DNA from: Escherichia coli
GTDB taxonomy: Bacteria > Pseudomonadota > Gammaproteobacteria > Enterobacterales > Enterobacteriaceae
Reading direction: 5' to 3' (one strand)
DNA length: 64,000 nt
NCBI RefSeq assembly: GCF_024502345.1
Contig: NZ_JALDNN010000003.1
The position numbers were made by a program, and so were the translations under genes. Of the stretch, positions 19,413 to 29,429 are shown piece by piece. The stretch's first letter is position 1. Each line of letters opens with the position of its first letter. The notes below the pieces were generated by a model that saw only the letters and a list, made by a program, of their open reading frames with translations, did not search any database and was not told the DNA's origin.

Positions 19413-20603
19413 CTACTCATCCAGCGCCTCACGCATGAACTTCGTCATCGCTTTCTTACCTGCGTCAATGTTACGGATATAGCGGGAAACCATTTCTGCA
19501 TTGCTCCAGTTACCCATCTCCATGATCTGCAAGTGCGTGTACCCGGCATCAGCAAGTTCGATGGCGCCGCCAACCCTAACGCTGTGACCAGTCCAGCATC
19601 GGGTGCCCGCTTCCTGCGGATGAAGTTCATCCCAAAACGCTTCAAAGGCCCGGAGCAATGTGTTTTTACTGAGCATACCCTCATCATCGACAATAATGGG
19701 CTTTCCATTTTTCCCGATCGGGGGGCGGGTAGGTCGGTAAGGCATATTATGATTTTTCAGCAGCGTATTGATCTCATTCCCTTTGCTCCGGAGACCCCAT
19801 CCAGGGGGCATATATCCGCTGTCCTGAAAGTTAACTGCCTGGAAGAGATAATCCTTCGGATGGCTTTGCTGGTCCCTTTTGACCATACCCATCAGCCTGA
19901 TTAGGGTGGCAGTGAGATGAGGGGTCAGATGATAGGTAAGCAGGGTACTGACAGTGGATTTTGTCCGGTACACCGTCAGGGTAAAACTGCCTGTCTGTTC
20001 ATTCAGCACAAGGTCCTGCATCCGAATGCGCCGAAGTTCTGCTGAGCGCAACAGTGTTTCAAAACCTGTCCAGATAATGCAAAGGTCTCGGAGTTTGCGC
20101 ACCGACTGTGTCGTACCGTGGGCTTTAATCAAAGCTTTCAGGTCGGAGACTAGGAATGGCGTTGCCTGACGAGTCACTTTTTGCTCTCGGGCTTCAGCTT
20201 GTTCGAGGCTTGCAAGAATACTCTTGACCTTGGATGTGATGATCCCAGGGCGATCGAGTGCTTTCCTATGGATACTGTTCAGCGCGTGCAGACAACCTTT
20301 AATGCTGCTGTGTGACAGCGAGCCCTGAAGATAGTCCAGATAGGACAACAACGGGGGTTGAGTCACCGGGAGAGAACTGGCAGGCCAGGCTTCGTTTCCC
20401 TCCTTTCCTGCATTAGCTTGGTACCACTCGTTCCAGGAACGCAGCCATTGAAGGTAAGTTTTAGCCGTGTGGTATTTCATATGAGAAAAGTAAAAAATGA
20501 GCTCCTTAAGGTCATTATTGGGCACCTCAAACGTGACCAGTTCCTGATGGAGGTCTGAGTCTTCAAACTGTCTGGTTACTGGCTTGCTGTTCATGGTGGT
20601 CAC
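19413..20603 (-). CDS. tyrosine site-specific recombinase (phage-type integrase)
   Basis: 396 aa; C-terminal catalytic region HSVRVGGAIELADAGYTHLQIMEMGNWSNAEMVSRYIRN fits the R..HxxR..Y tyrosine-recombinase pattern. Confidence 0.85.
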   Translation of the reverse strand: MTTMNSKPVTRQFEDSDLHQELVTFEVPNNDLKELIFYFSHMKYHTAKTYLQWLRSWNEWYQANAGKEGNEAWPASSLPVTQPPLLSYLDYLQGSLSHSSIKGCLHALNSIHRKALDRPGIITSKVKSILASLEQAEAREQKVTRQATPFLVSDLKALIKAHGTTQSVRKLRDLCIIWTGFETLLRSAELRRIRMQDLVLNEQTGSFTLTVYRTKSTVSTLLTYHLTPHLTATLIRLMGMVKRDQQSHPKDYLFQAVNFQDSGYMPPGWGLRSKGNEINTLLKNHNMPYRPTRPPIGKNGKPIIVDDEGMLSKNTLLRAFEAFWDELHPQEAGTRCWTGHSVRVGGAIELADAGYTHLQIMEMGNWSNAEMVSRYIRNIDAGKKAMTKFMREALDE

Positions 20604-20808
20604 CTGAATACACTGTTTTTATTTACAGCTATTTTAGCACTGAGGTATCCACTTATGAACAGGTTCATAGCAACTAAAAAAGAGAGAGCGAGTACAACAA
20701 CGATCCGGAGATAAACATCAAATATTTGTGAAAAAAATTAGATTCTAGGGACAAAACGACATAAGATTGGGAAACCGTACTTTCGCGGGAAATAAATTAA
20801 GGTTGACC

Positions 20809-21021
20809 ATGTCCGAAACTAAGCAGGCGTATTTAATGAAATTTCGTAAGTGCTCTTCTTTCGACACACTGGAAAAAGTATTCGAACGACTCTGTGAAAA
20901 AAATGCAGGTATAGCATCACTGGAAATTTCCGGGGCATATGACCATCGAAAAGCTGAACTGACAATGAAGAAACTCTACGATAAAGTACCCGCAAGCGTA
21001 TGGACACTGGTCCGTCAGTAA
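20809..21021 (+). CDS. hypothetical small protein (70 aa)
   Basis: ATG at 20809 preceded by AAGG; sits in the integrase-adjacent accessory cluster. Confidence 0.3.
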   Translation: MSETKQAYLMKFRKCSSFDTLEKVFERLCEKNAGIASLEISGAYDHRKAELTMKKLYDKVPASVWTLVRQ

Positions 21022-21197
21022 TATGAAGATATTGGTAACCAATTTATCGCCGACTTTTCAGGAAAGGAGATTTATGAAAACGTCAGCAGTAAAATTAAAA
21101 TTTTTTAATATTCTATTAATACCTCTTCAAATAAGCTTAATTAGTAAAGTCATCACGTCATTTAAAATCCTGTTTCCGCTCCATGGTGGTAACTCGT

Positions 21198-21839
21198 ATG
21201 AGAATTAAACATCTAATATTTTTACCTGTTCCCTTCATTTCCTTTTATTTAAACGCGGCGAGCCTGGACGAAATCAATCAAAAGCTGGATGAAGGTTACC
21301 GTTACGCCTGTAACGCAACTCAGACGGGTAATGCAGAAGCCGCCTCCCTCGCGCTGGAGAACTACAGAACAAAATTCATCAACTCAGCATCACGATCTGG
21401 TTTCAGCGAGATAATGAATGTAGAAATAAACAAAGTTGTCGCGGAATTTTTCAGAAAGGGCATGATCCAGGGGAACACCAGCACTGGGGCCTGTGAGACT
21501 CCAGCGGAGCTGCTGCTCCAGACCTCTCAGGCGGTTTATTCCCGCCAGTCAAAGTCAGCACTGGCGTCAGCCCTCGATGGTGTCCGATTCACTGAATATG
21601 CGGCACAGGCCTACCCGATTTTTTATTCAATCCAAAGTACAGGTATCAGTGAGGATGAAGTAATTGAACAGATTAATAAAATAGGAAACAATGCAATAAT
21701 TAATAACCAAAATGCAATTGATGTCAGTAATGCGACAAATGCAATGAAAGAAGTAGCGAAAGTCCTTTTTTCAGCCCGAAGTGACCCGGAGCTCATGAAA
21801 TTTATGATGGATTATATTAATAACCACAAACTGCATTGA
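21198..21839 (+). CDS. hypothetical secreted protein (signal peptide)
   Basis: N-terminus MRIKHLIFLPVPFISFYLNAAS is signal-peptide-like; 213 aa; no recognised domain. Confidence 0.45.
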   Translation: MRIKHLIFLPVPFISFYLNAASLDEINQKLDEGYRYACNATQTGNAEAASLALENYRTKFINSASRSGFSEIMNVEINKVVAEFFRKGMIQGNTSTGACETPAELLLQTSQAVYSRQSKSALASALDGVRFTEYAAQAYPIFYSIQSTGISEDEVIEQINKIGNNAIINNQNAIDVSNATNAMKEVAKVLFSARSDPELMKFMMDYINNHKLH

Positions 21840-22118
21840 AGGTAATTGCGGTGTATAAAACAAAGCCATTTTCGGCCAAAAAATGAGTCAGCTGAAGAAA
21901 CGCTCGTTAATTCCGAATCCGTCCAGATTAATATGGCACACTGCTGGTGGAGGTTTTGGCAATCGGAAAAGTAACTTTTCACCCGTGTCTAATCATCATC
22001 GTTTTATCAATCCGCTCAGTTACGGTATTAAAATCTCACGAAAAATAGTCTTCTTATCGAAGTGTCATGCTGTCTTCGCCCGATATAGTGAAGGTATGTA
22101 TTCAGCGGGGCCACTGAC

Positions 22119-23192
22119 ATGCGAAAAAGCTATACCTATGGGATTCCTTTCGGACTCCATCGCGATACCGGACGGTTTCTGGACATCACGGAAGTCAGCA
22201 GAGGAAGCGCATGCAACTGCATCTGTCCTGGGTGTCGTACGGATTTGATAGCCAGACAGGGAGAGGTCAAACTCTGGCACTATAGCCACAGTACCGATCT
22301 CCTCGGTGATTGTGATGGCCTGATGGAGGCGATTCGGGGAAAAATTATTGAAGTTATTCAGGAAAAACAACTTCTAGGATTCCCGCATCTTCTGGCCGGT
22401 TACGATGGAGGCACGGTCCCACTTGATGAAGTCAGCGGCAGCGGAAGCATGTTCGGCGCAACGGCAGATCTGTTTGTGAAGGTGAACGATCTCTGCATAG
22501 CTGTGTTTCTGGACATTGACCGCAGTGTGGCCGGAAAACTGACGTTCGACCATCTCCATGCCTCGGAGATGGTAGCTGCATTGCGTATTGATCTGCCGGA
22601 TATAGAATACGAAATCAGTCAGGTTCAGCTTGGTAGACGAGATGGTACCTACAGTGAATGTATCGAGAAAATCATCATTGATGCGACGGAGTCACGCGAA
22701 TGGTTGTATCACCCCATGATGCAGGAACTGGGGACCGAGCCCCTGAAGGTATATGAGGGCCGCGAGCCAGCGGAAGCAGGACCACTTCTACAACGCCTTT
22801 CCGACAGCACCCTGAAGCTGCCGGACAACTTACCCCAGAGCATGAATGTGCTGATAAGAATGCAGCAGGCCACCATTGTGTGTTTGTGTCGGCTCACCGT
22901 CAGAGCTTCAGATATCGCCCAGACCGACGAATTCCCGCTGTTTATGCGTTACTTCCGGCTGCATTGCCTCGACACCAGTGAGCATGTGAATTACGAGAAA
23001 TTGCTTAACTGGCAGGACATGATTACAAAATCAAAGGAAGGGCAGTTACTAACGGTGGAGGAAAGGGATTATCTCCAGGAAATCGTCCGTATTGGTCTCT
23101 ATAACCACCGGCTTAAAAGTGTCTGCCTGACGGCCTGCGAAGACAATAGGGTGGGAGAATCTGAAGGACCAAAAAATTACTCATTGCTCTGA
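22119..23192 (+). CDS. CoiA-like (competence protein CoiA family) zinc-ribbon protein, putative nuclease-related
   Basis: N-terminal pattern CPGCRTDLIARQGEVKLWHYSHSTDLLGDCDG resembles the CoiA signature (CxxC ... RQG ... H.H ... DC) recalled from memory; 357 aa. Confidence 0.4.
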   Translation: MRKSYTYGIPFGLHRDTGRFLDITEVSRGSACNCICPGCRTDLIARQGEVKLWHYSHSTDLLGDCDGLMEAIRGKIIEVIQEKQLLGFPHLLAGYDGGTVPLDEVSGSGSMFGATADLFVKVNDLCIAVFLDIDRSVAGKLTFDHLHASEMVAALRIDLPDIEYEISQVQLGRRDGTYSECIEKIIIDATESREWLYHPMMQELGTEPLKVYEGREPAEAGPLLQRLSDSTLKLPDNLPQSMNVLIRMQQATIVCLCRLTVRASDIAQTDEFPLFMRYFRLHCLDTSEHVNYEKLLNWQDMITKSKEGQLLTVEERDYLQEIVRIGLYNHRLKSVCLTACEDNRVGESEGPKNYSLL

Positions 23193-23400
23193 AGAGGGAT
23201 GGGAAATTATGGGGGGGCATGGAAGCGTGAAGAGAATAAACCTGTTCGCCTTAAACAGAAACAGGCTGTTCATTTCTTACATGTGAACAGAGTACCTATC
23301 ATGATCAGACCGGTAATATAAATTGGCACAGCCATCAAAACCAATCCCAGTGGTTCTTCTTTGGTAAAAACATCCTGAATAAGTCCGTCTTCGCTTAATG

Positions 23401-23420
23401 CTAATGGACGCATACATTAG
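23401..23420. repeat. 20-bp palindrome-like site CTAATGGACGCATACATTAG, about 30 bp beyond the stop of ORF 23449..23955
   Basis: Matches the site at 23943..23962 at 17 of 20 positions in either orientation. Confidence 0.5.
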
Positions 23421-23448
23421 AATTAAGGCGTAAGGTCTAATAACTAGA

Positions 23449-23955
23449 TCAGGAGTTTCGGATTTTTGCGCGGTAGGTGTGTTTGACCCTTTCAATTGTC
23501 GCAAGAGTTGAATTCCAGTAGCGTTCAGCGTCAGAACGATAAAGATCAGCGATAGCCTCTATGGTTTTGGGGGAACAGGTTGCACTGCGATGCACACGGC
23601 CTGCCTGACCAAAGACATAGACAAGAATGGACTGGCTACCAGACCGGCCGAACAGGGAGTTGCAAAGCCGCTTCGCTGCGAGCGGTGTCAGATCGGGGAC
23701 GTCTTCCTGAGCGTTCTCGGGAACAACGAATTCCAGAATGAAGCGAAGCATCTCCGATGTCTTGAAACGCTTTACCGCCGCAGACAAACGGGCGGCACGC
23801 AGGGCAGTGTCCCAGTGGTCGCTGCTGAAATTGCGGAGCTCCGCGAGGTAATCCTCTTCCAGGCTTTCATCAGAATAATAAATGCTTTCGTAAAAGCGCT
23901 CTGCGGGTGATTGCGTCTTTTCCATTGGAGAAACCATTTTGCCTAATGTATGCAT
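23449..23955 (-). CDS. hypothetical protein (168 aa) bracketed by two related 20-bp palindromes
   Basis: ORF track; the start ATG lies within the central ATGCAT of the palindrome at 23943..23962. Confidence 0.4.
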   Translation of the reverse strand: MHTLGKMVSPMEKTQSPAERFYESIYYSDESLEEDYLAELRNFSSDHWDTALRAARLSAAVKRFKTSEMLRFILEFVVPENAQEDVPDLTPLAAKRLCNSLFGRSGSQSILVYVFGQAGRVHRSATCSPKTIEAIADLYRSDAERYWNSTLATIERVKHTYRAKIRNS

Positions 23956-23962
23956 ACGTTAG
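23943..23962. repeat. 20-bp near-perfect palindrome CTAATGTATGCATACGTTAG overlapping the start codon of ORF 23449..23955
   Basis: Self-complementary apart from 2 positions; related to the site at 23401..23420. Confidence 0.5.
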
Positions 23963-24004
23963 CATGTAGTGAAATTAAAACAAGGTAAAGACAAAGAACC
24001 GCAT

Positions 24005-24262
24005 TCAGGCGTTTCCCGGAGTAAGCAGATGGGCTGACAATTCGGCTGCGGTAATATCAAACTCAAGGTGTTTGATGAGCTCTGTTAATTGAGCGTTAAA
24101 TGCCTCCCGCTCCAGTCCGGATTGGATGAGAAAGATCAGGGCCTTTTTCAGAACGGGCGGAGTACTCGCAATGTCGAGGAGAATGTTGCCCTCAATAACA
24201 TGATCGCAATTTTCAAAAAGGTGGGCGTAACTCATTACGTGTATTCCATTTATCATTTTCAA
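24005..24262 (-). CDS. hypothetical small protein (85 aa)
   Basis: ORF track only; low coding confidence. Confidence 0.25.
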   Translation of the reverse strand: MKMINGIHVMSYAHLFENCDHVIEGNILLDIASTPPVLKKALIFLIQSGLEREAFNAQLTELIKHLEFDITAAELSAHLLTPGNA

Positions 24263-24619
24263 ATCGTGATAAAAATTAGATTACCAGAACGTCGGAAGCA
24301 AAAAAAAGCATTAAGCAGAAATGTATGGTATCCATCCTTCCTCCAGCTACCCTTGCGCCCTGATAATTTTATCCTGGGGGAGGGGGCATTGATCATTACA
24401 TACCCGATCAGAAAAGCCGGGAACCAGAATGTCACCCGGATATCGAAGATGCAACGATTCAATATTAGTGTATTTAGCGTCTCCTGGCGGCAAAGTCGGT
24501 CGGCCGGAACTGGTAAACTGTATTCCACCTCGCCCGGGCTGGCAGGCGACTGACGTCTTGTCGGTTCATAGCCGGTGGTCGCGTCTGACAATACAGGCCC
24601 CTACAGTGTAAGGATTGTG

Positions 24620-25012
24620 ATGGACGATAAAGAGCAGTTTACGAGTCTCGTGGCAAAGCATGCCTCCAGACTCACCGAAGAGCAGCTGGCCGGGTATGAT
24701 GACTGTTCCCAGTATGGTGAATGCGTCTCGCCTTCATACGAAGTATTCCGGGGGTATCGTACCCGCCACACCCTGGATGAATTTCTGGAGCTGGCCATAT
24801 CGCTGAATGCCATCCACCCGGATGAATATTTAACGGATATGCTGCTGAAGCCTCATGAGGTGATCGGTGCTCTGGCCGATGAAGGCGACCAGTTGAACAA
24901 CGCCACCCCGGTTTATATCTTCCCGGATACCGGCGTCTATGCAGCGGCCGTCAGTGAAACCCGTGTGCTCGATGCCTGGCTTTGTTGGCCATGCTACCCG
25001 GCGAACTGGTAA
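24620..25012 (+). CDS. hypothetical protein (130 aa)
   Basis: ATG at 24620 preceded by AAGGA 6 nt upstream (track ORF begins at upstream GTG). Confidence 0.35.
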   Translation: MDDKEQFTSLVAKHASRLTEEQLAGYDDCSQYGECVSPSYEVFRGYRTRHTLDEFLELAISLNAIHPDEYLTDMLLKPHEVIGALADEGDQLNNATPVYIFPDTGVYAAAVSETRVLDAWLCWPCYPANW

Positions 25013-26033
25013 TGCGTCCGTTGGAATTGCACCGGCAGGATACGAATTTAACCGACCCCGTGGCGGGAGGGTTATCACAATTGCATGTCCTCATCCCTAA
25101 AGTCCCCTGCCAGACCCATACGTGCTGTCAGGCTTCGCCTGATTTGAGATCAGTGCAAATACTTCAGCCGATAACTTTTTGTTTTCTTTTTATTTTCTCC
25201 CTGTTTCCTCAAAATTCGCGTGCGGCCTGGTCAGGGCACGATTGTCACATAGGGTGTATTGAAGCGGGCAGGATGGTCGGGTGGGCACGGCCTGGGTTTG
25301 AGTCGGACACTATGTGGGATGAGGACATGCAAAATATTCGCTTTATCTGTGAAAACTGTTGTCTACGGGCAGTCACCAGTTCAAGTTACACCATCCACGT
25401 TAGCTTTTAATAAGAGTGGTTACGATGTTCAGTACTGAGAAAAAATCAGAGCATTTAGGTCAGATCATAGTGATTGATCCCGCGCTTCTTGGGCAGGGTA
25501 TAGAGGTTGGCCCGGTCGTAGTGTTTGATTTGGGGCACGCCAGCAAAGGGGTTGCGGACTTGATGCGCGATGCTGAAAAGCTTGATGGTTTATCCCCAAC
25601 GACAATAGCAAACAGACTTTCACGATGACCGAACAAGGTCGATTCGGGCAAGGCGGCGGAGGGGCACATCTCCCAATGATAATGAGGTTATGCAACCTGT
25701 TAGTCACCGGCTTGCCTGATGTTATGATTGACATCTCTTTTGACCGGTCTGTAGTTGAGCATTAATTCGTGAGGAATACGGTATCAGCGGATAAAAGTAG
25801 CATGTTTGCTATCGCCTCCAGCTGTGAAAACCCTCGGTGGGTGCAAGAAGTTGAGAGCCGTGGGGGGATGACCCGTAAGGAATGGGCTGACTTTGTGGAT
25901 CGAAATTTTAACCCTCCTAAATAGAGTAAATTCCGATTGGCATTGTTGCAGGAATTATGGTGCCGCAGCTTATTGGGTGTTTGTCAATTGCCGGGAAGTA
26001 TTCGCTGGCATATCACTTAAACGGGAGTAGTAA

Positions 26034-26423
26034 GTGAGAGAACCTCGTCCACGCCATACATTACAGGTAGTCTGTGTCCCGTCTCTGAATATACAGGATC
26101 TGGGGCTAACCAGTTTTCATAGCTGGCTCTTATCAAAAGGCTATGACACGACCAATGCCAGGAACAACCGTACTTGCTGGGCAAGGGAAGGTGGCTGGCA
26201 CCTGAAGCGATGCAGACATCTGGCAACGGGCGAAGATCATTTCTGGTTTATCGCATTCAACGGTACCGGCGGCGACATTTTTCCTGTGAAAACCCAGCAG
26301 GACTACCGTGCTGCCTACCGCAAGCTTGAAGCGTATGGATATGCACCGGCCGTTATTGAACAATTGAACACAGGCGTTGCCTATAATCTTGCTTATTCAC
26401 GGACACCTGTGGGATGCAAATAA
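26034..26423 (+). CDS. hypothetical protein whose last codons overlap the Tn7-like right end
   Basis: ORF track; final 5 codons and stop lie inside the transposon terminal sequence beginning TGTGGG at 26408, so the native 3' end may have been replaced. Confidence 0.3.
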   Translation: MREPRPRHTLQVVCVPSLNIQDLGLTSFHSWLLSKGYDTTNARNNRTCWAREGGWHLKRCRHLATGEDHFWFIAFNGTGGDIFPVKTQQDYRAAYRKLEAYGYAPAVIEQLNTGVAYNLAYSRTPVGCK

Positions 26424-26475
26424 AGGTTCATCCGTATAAATAAAGTATCATCCGTATAAATAAAGTTTCATTCTG
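26408..26475 (+). repeat. Tn7-like right-end terminus: 5'-TGTGGGATG followed by three contiguous ~20-bp direct repeats (putative TnsB-binding sites)
   Basis: TGTGGGATG resembles the Tn7 terminus TGTGGGCGG; repeats GCAAATAAAGGTTCATCCGT / ATAAATAAAGTATCATCCGT / ATAAATAAAGTTTCATTCTG sit immediately upstream of tnsA, as in the Tn7 R end. Confidence 0.7.
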
Positions 26476-26527
26476 AGCCTGCATCCGCTATGTTGAGGTC
26501 ATCGACACAGCGGGGGCAGGCTTTCTC

Positions 26528-27355
26528 ATGTCTGGAACATTCAAGGGGCTGACCCAGGCCCAGATCGATAGAAGGCTCAAGGACGGGCGTGGTCAAGGCC
26601 AGGGATCAGACTACAAGCCGTTCATCTACACAAGGGACGTGTCCTCGCTGGGTCGCTCCCACCGCCTGCCTGGCAGCAAGACCCGGCGTTTACACCATCT
26701 TCTATCCGATCTTGAACTGGCCATCTTCCTGACCTTGGATCGGTCTCCCCATGTCACCGATATCCGTGAACAGTTTCCGATGCGGGTCGAAGATACGGTG
26801 CGCATCGCCGAGGAGCTTGGCCTGCCCCACGGTTGTTACAAGGGTACCCCGCAGGTACTGACCAGCGACTTTCTGGTGGATTTCGAAGATCCTCAGCGCC
26901 CGAGCATCGCGATTCAGGCCAAGTACAGTACCGACCTGCAGAAGCCTGAAGTTATCGAGAGGCTTGAGCTTGAAAGGCGCTACTGGCAGGAAAAAGGTAT
27001 TCCCTGGGTCATCGTTACGGAGCGCGAGGTATCCAAGGTGGCATTTGCCAATATCCAATGGCTCTATCCTGCCCATGCTGAAGGCGACATCGCTCAGGAC
27101 GATCTCGCCCATTACCAGCAGCTGTTTCTGCTCGAGTTTCAGCGTCACCCAGACCGGAAGCTGACCGCTATTGCCCAAGGACTGGATACCTCCGGCCAGC
27201 TGGAGGCCGGTCAGGCGCTCTATTGGCTACGCCAGTTGCTGGCCCGGCACTGTTTCCTTTTCGATCTTGACACTCCTTACCGGGAGCTGAAGCCGAAAGA
27301 CCTGGTTGCCAACTCTCATCAAATGCATCAGGAGCTGAGCAGTGTTGCCCGTTAA
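26528..27355 (+). CDS. tnsA: Tn7-like transposase endonuclease subunit TnsA
   Basis: Blocks RRLKDGRGQGQG, HHLLSDLELA, IREQFP, LELERRYWQEKGIPW match Tn7 TnsA recalled from memory. Confidence 0.9.
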   Translation: MSGTFKGLTQAQIDRRLKDGRGQGQGSDYKPFIYTRDVSSLGRSHRLPGSKTRRLHHLLSDLELAIFLTLDRSPHVTDIREQFPMRVEDTVRIAEELGLPHGCYKGTPQVLTSDFLVDFEDPQRPSIAIQAKYSTDLQKPEVIERLELERRYWQEKGIPWVIVTEREVSKVAFANIQWLYPAHAEGDIAQDDLAHYQQLFLLEFQRHPDRKLTAIAQGLDTSGQLEAGQALYWLRQLLARHCFLFDLDTPYRELKPKDLVANSHQMHQELSSVAR

Positions 27356-29429
27356 TCAGGTGTTCCGGATGGGGGAACTGCGAAAGCGCCTGCTTTGGTC
27401 CGGTACCGAGCAGGCAATCTGGATCGATATCGATTCGGACACGGCGTTGCCCGAACCGATATCGATTGTAGAGCTGGAGCGTCTGATCATGGAGCGGGAG
27501 CTGGAGAGCATTGCCGATCCCTTCGAGGAAACAGTCCTACGGGAGGTTGAGGAAGGTTCCCTTGATCAGCAGAAGCGTGATGAAGCTTGGGGAATGCTGG
27601 CGGATTTTGTGCACAACCCCCAGCTTTTCGTGCGGCGCCCCAGAGGGCTCATTGTCAGAGGCATCATGGAGCGCCATGGTGTCACCAATCAGACGGTGTA
27701 TAGGTTACTGAGGCGCTACTGGCAGCGAGGCATGTGCAGGAATGCCCTCTTGCCGGACTATGTCAACTCGGGCGCCCGTGGCAAGCGCAGAAAGCCGAAC
27801 CAGGCCAAGCTGGGCAGGCCCAGAGTGGTGATGGAGGGGAAAGGGAGCAATGTCACGCCGGACATCGAGCGCATTTTTCGCCGGGTCATCGAGGAACGTT
27901 TGCTCAAGGAAAAACATCCGTCCATTCCTGATGCCTACGCCGCCGGGCTGAATCTGCTCCGTGCTGTTCTGACGGAGCTGCCGACCTCCGAACTGCCTAC
28001 ATTGGGGCAGTTCCGTTACTTCTATGGGCGCGAATATCACTTCACCGACACCTTGCCATGCAGGGTGTCCGCAGTGGATTTTGCCAAGGACTTCCGACCG
28101 CTCAGCAGTACATCGACGACCGAGGCACTGGGGCCAGGATACCGCTACCAGATCGATGCCACCATCGCCGATATCTATCTGGTTTCAGAACATGATCGCA
28201 GCCTTATCGTCGGCAGGCCTGTCGTTTACATGGTGATCGACGTGTTCAGCCGCATGGTCGTTGGTATGTACGTCGGATTCGAGGGACCTTCCTGGGTCAG
28301 TGCCATGGTGGCATTGGCCAACACGGTCGCCGACAAGGTTGAGTATTGCCGCCAGTATAGCGTGGAGATCGATGCCAGCGACTGGCCGGTCAAAGGCTTG
28401 CCGGATGTGGTGCTGGCCGATAAGGGCGAACTGAATGGCACCAAGGTGGAAGCATTTTCCCAAGCCTTCGGCGTTCGCATCGAGAATGCACCGGCCAGGC
28501 GAGGAGATGCCAAGGGGATCGTCGAGCGTTATTTCCGGACGGTGCAGGAGCGTTTCAAGCCCTATGCCAGCGGTGTGGTCGAGGACACCACCAGCCGGAA
28601 GCGGGGTGGCCACGACTACAGACTTGATGCCAGTCTGACCTTGCCCGAGTTCACCCAGATCATCATTGCCGGCATCCTCTACCACAACAACTTTCATACC
28701 TTGAGCAAATACGACAGAACCTCTGGTATGCCGGGCGATCTGCCAGCCATCCCGGTCATGCTGTGGAACTGGGGCTTGGCCAACTTGACCGGCCGGTTAC
28801 GTACTGCGCCCGAGGAGCTGGTGCGGATAAATCTCTTGCCCCATGAGTCGGCCACGGTTTCGGAGCTGGGAATCAGACTGTTCGGCTGCTTCTACACCTG
28901 CCAGGAAGCAATCAGGGAGGGTTGGTTTCACCGAGGCCAGGGGCGCCGGCCGACAGGGGTAACGGTCGCATACGATCCGCGTAGCGCCGACCACATCTAC
29001 CTGCGGCCGTCCAATAGTCTCAAGGACTACTGGGTTTGCGATCTTGCCGACCGCAGTCGACGCTTCAGGGGGATGACCTTCTGGGATGTCTGGCTGCTGT
29101 CCAGAGAGGAACGGCGTAGCGATACCAACGCGGCGGCGGAAGCTTTGGTAGAGAGAGGCAATCTTCTGAAGCAGATCGAGTCCATCGTTGCCCAGGCAGA
29201 GGATGCCAGTCCGCTCAAAACGGGTATGACCACGAAGGATCTGGGAACCCAGATCCGCGAGAACAAGCAGCAGGAAAAGCGCCAGGAACGCCAGAAAACA
29301 GCATTCAAACCGGATAAAGCACAGCAGGAAAAGCCAGCCGAGGTGATCCCACTGCGGGGCGAGAAGCAGGAAGATTATGCCTTCCCAGATCTCAGTGACC
29401 TGATATTCAAGGAGGAAGAGGATGACTGA
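27342..29429 (+). CDS. tnsB: Tn7-like transposase TnsB (DDE, Mu-like)
   Basis: 695 aa; blocks TVYRLLRRYWQRG, ALLPDYVNSGARG, YQIDATIADIYLV, VVYMVIDVFSRMVVGMYVGFEGPSW match Tn7 TnsB. Confidence 0.9.
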   Translation: MLPVNQVFRMGELRKRLLWSGTEQAIWIDIDSDTALPEPISIVELERLIMERELESIADPFEETVLREVEEGSLDQQKRDEAWGMLADFVHNPQLFVRRPRGLIVRGIMERHGVTNQTVYRLLRRYWQRGMCRNALLPDYVNSGARGKRRKPNQAKLGRPRVVMEGKGSNVTPDIERIFRRVIEERLLKEKHPSIPDAYAAGLNLLRAVLTELPTSELPTLGQFRYFYGREYHFTDTLPCRVSAVDFAKDFRPLSSTSTTEALGPGYRYQIDATIADIYLVSEHDRSLIVGRPVVYMVIDVFSRMVVGMYVGFEGPSWVSAMVALANTVADKVEYCRQYSVEIDASDWPVKGLPDVVLADKGELNGTKVEAFSQAFGVRIENAPARRGDAKGIVERYFRTVQERFKPYASGVVEDTTSRKRGGHDYRLDASLTLPEFTQIIIAGILYHNNFHTLSKYDRTSGMPGDLPAIPVMLWNWGLANLTGRLRTAPEELVRINLLPHESATVSELGIRLFGCFYTCQEAIREGWFHRGQGRRPTGVTVAYDPRSADHIYLRPSNSLKDYWVCDLADRSRRFRGMTFWDVWLLSREERRSDTNAAAEALVERGNLLKQIESIVAQAEDASPLKTGMTTKDLGTQIRENKQQEKRQERQKTAFKPDKAQQEKPAEVIPLRGEKQEDYAFPDLSDLIFKEEEDD

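Noticed and set aside
21883-22248. 121-aa ORF overlapping the start of the CoiA-like gene
   Set aside because: Overlaps the longer, better-supported 22119..23192 frame and has no distinctive features; likely a spurious frame.
26034-26423. Possibility that the Tn7-like element sits in a canonical attTn7 site downstream of glmS
   Set aside because: The upstream ORF shows no resemblance to glmS and the transposon terminus overlaps its last codons; a canonical attTn7 insertion is therefore not supported despite the glmS-type TnsD.
26416-26475. Three contiguous ~20-bp direct repeats that could superficially suggest a CRISPR array
   Set aside because: The repeats are directly abutting with no spacers, are only 3 copies, and lie immediately next to tnsA behind a TGTGGG terminus; this is the transposon-end (TnsB-binding site) layout, not CRISPR. 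No cas genes are present.
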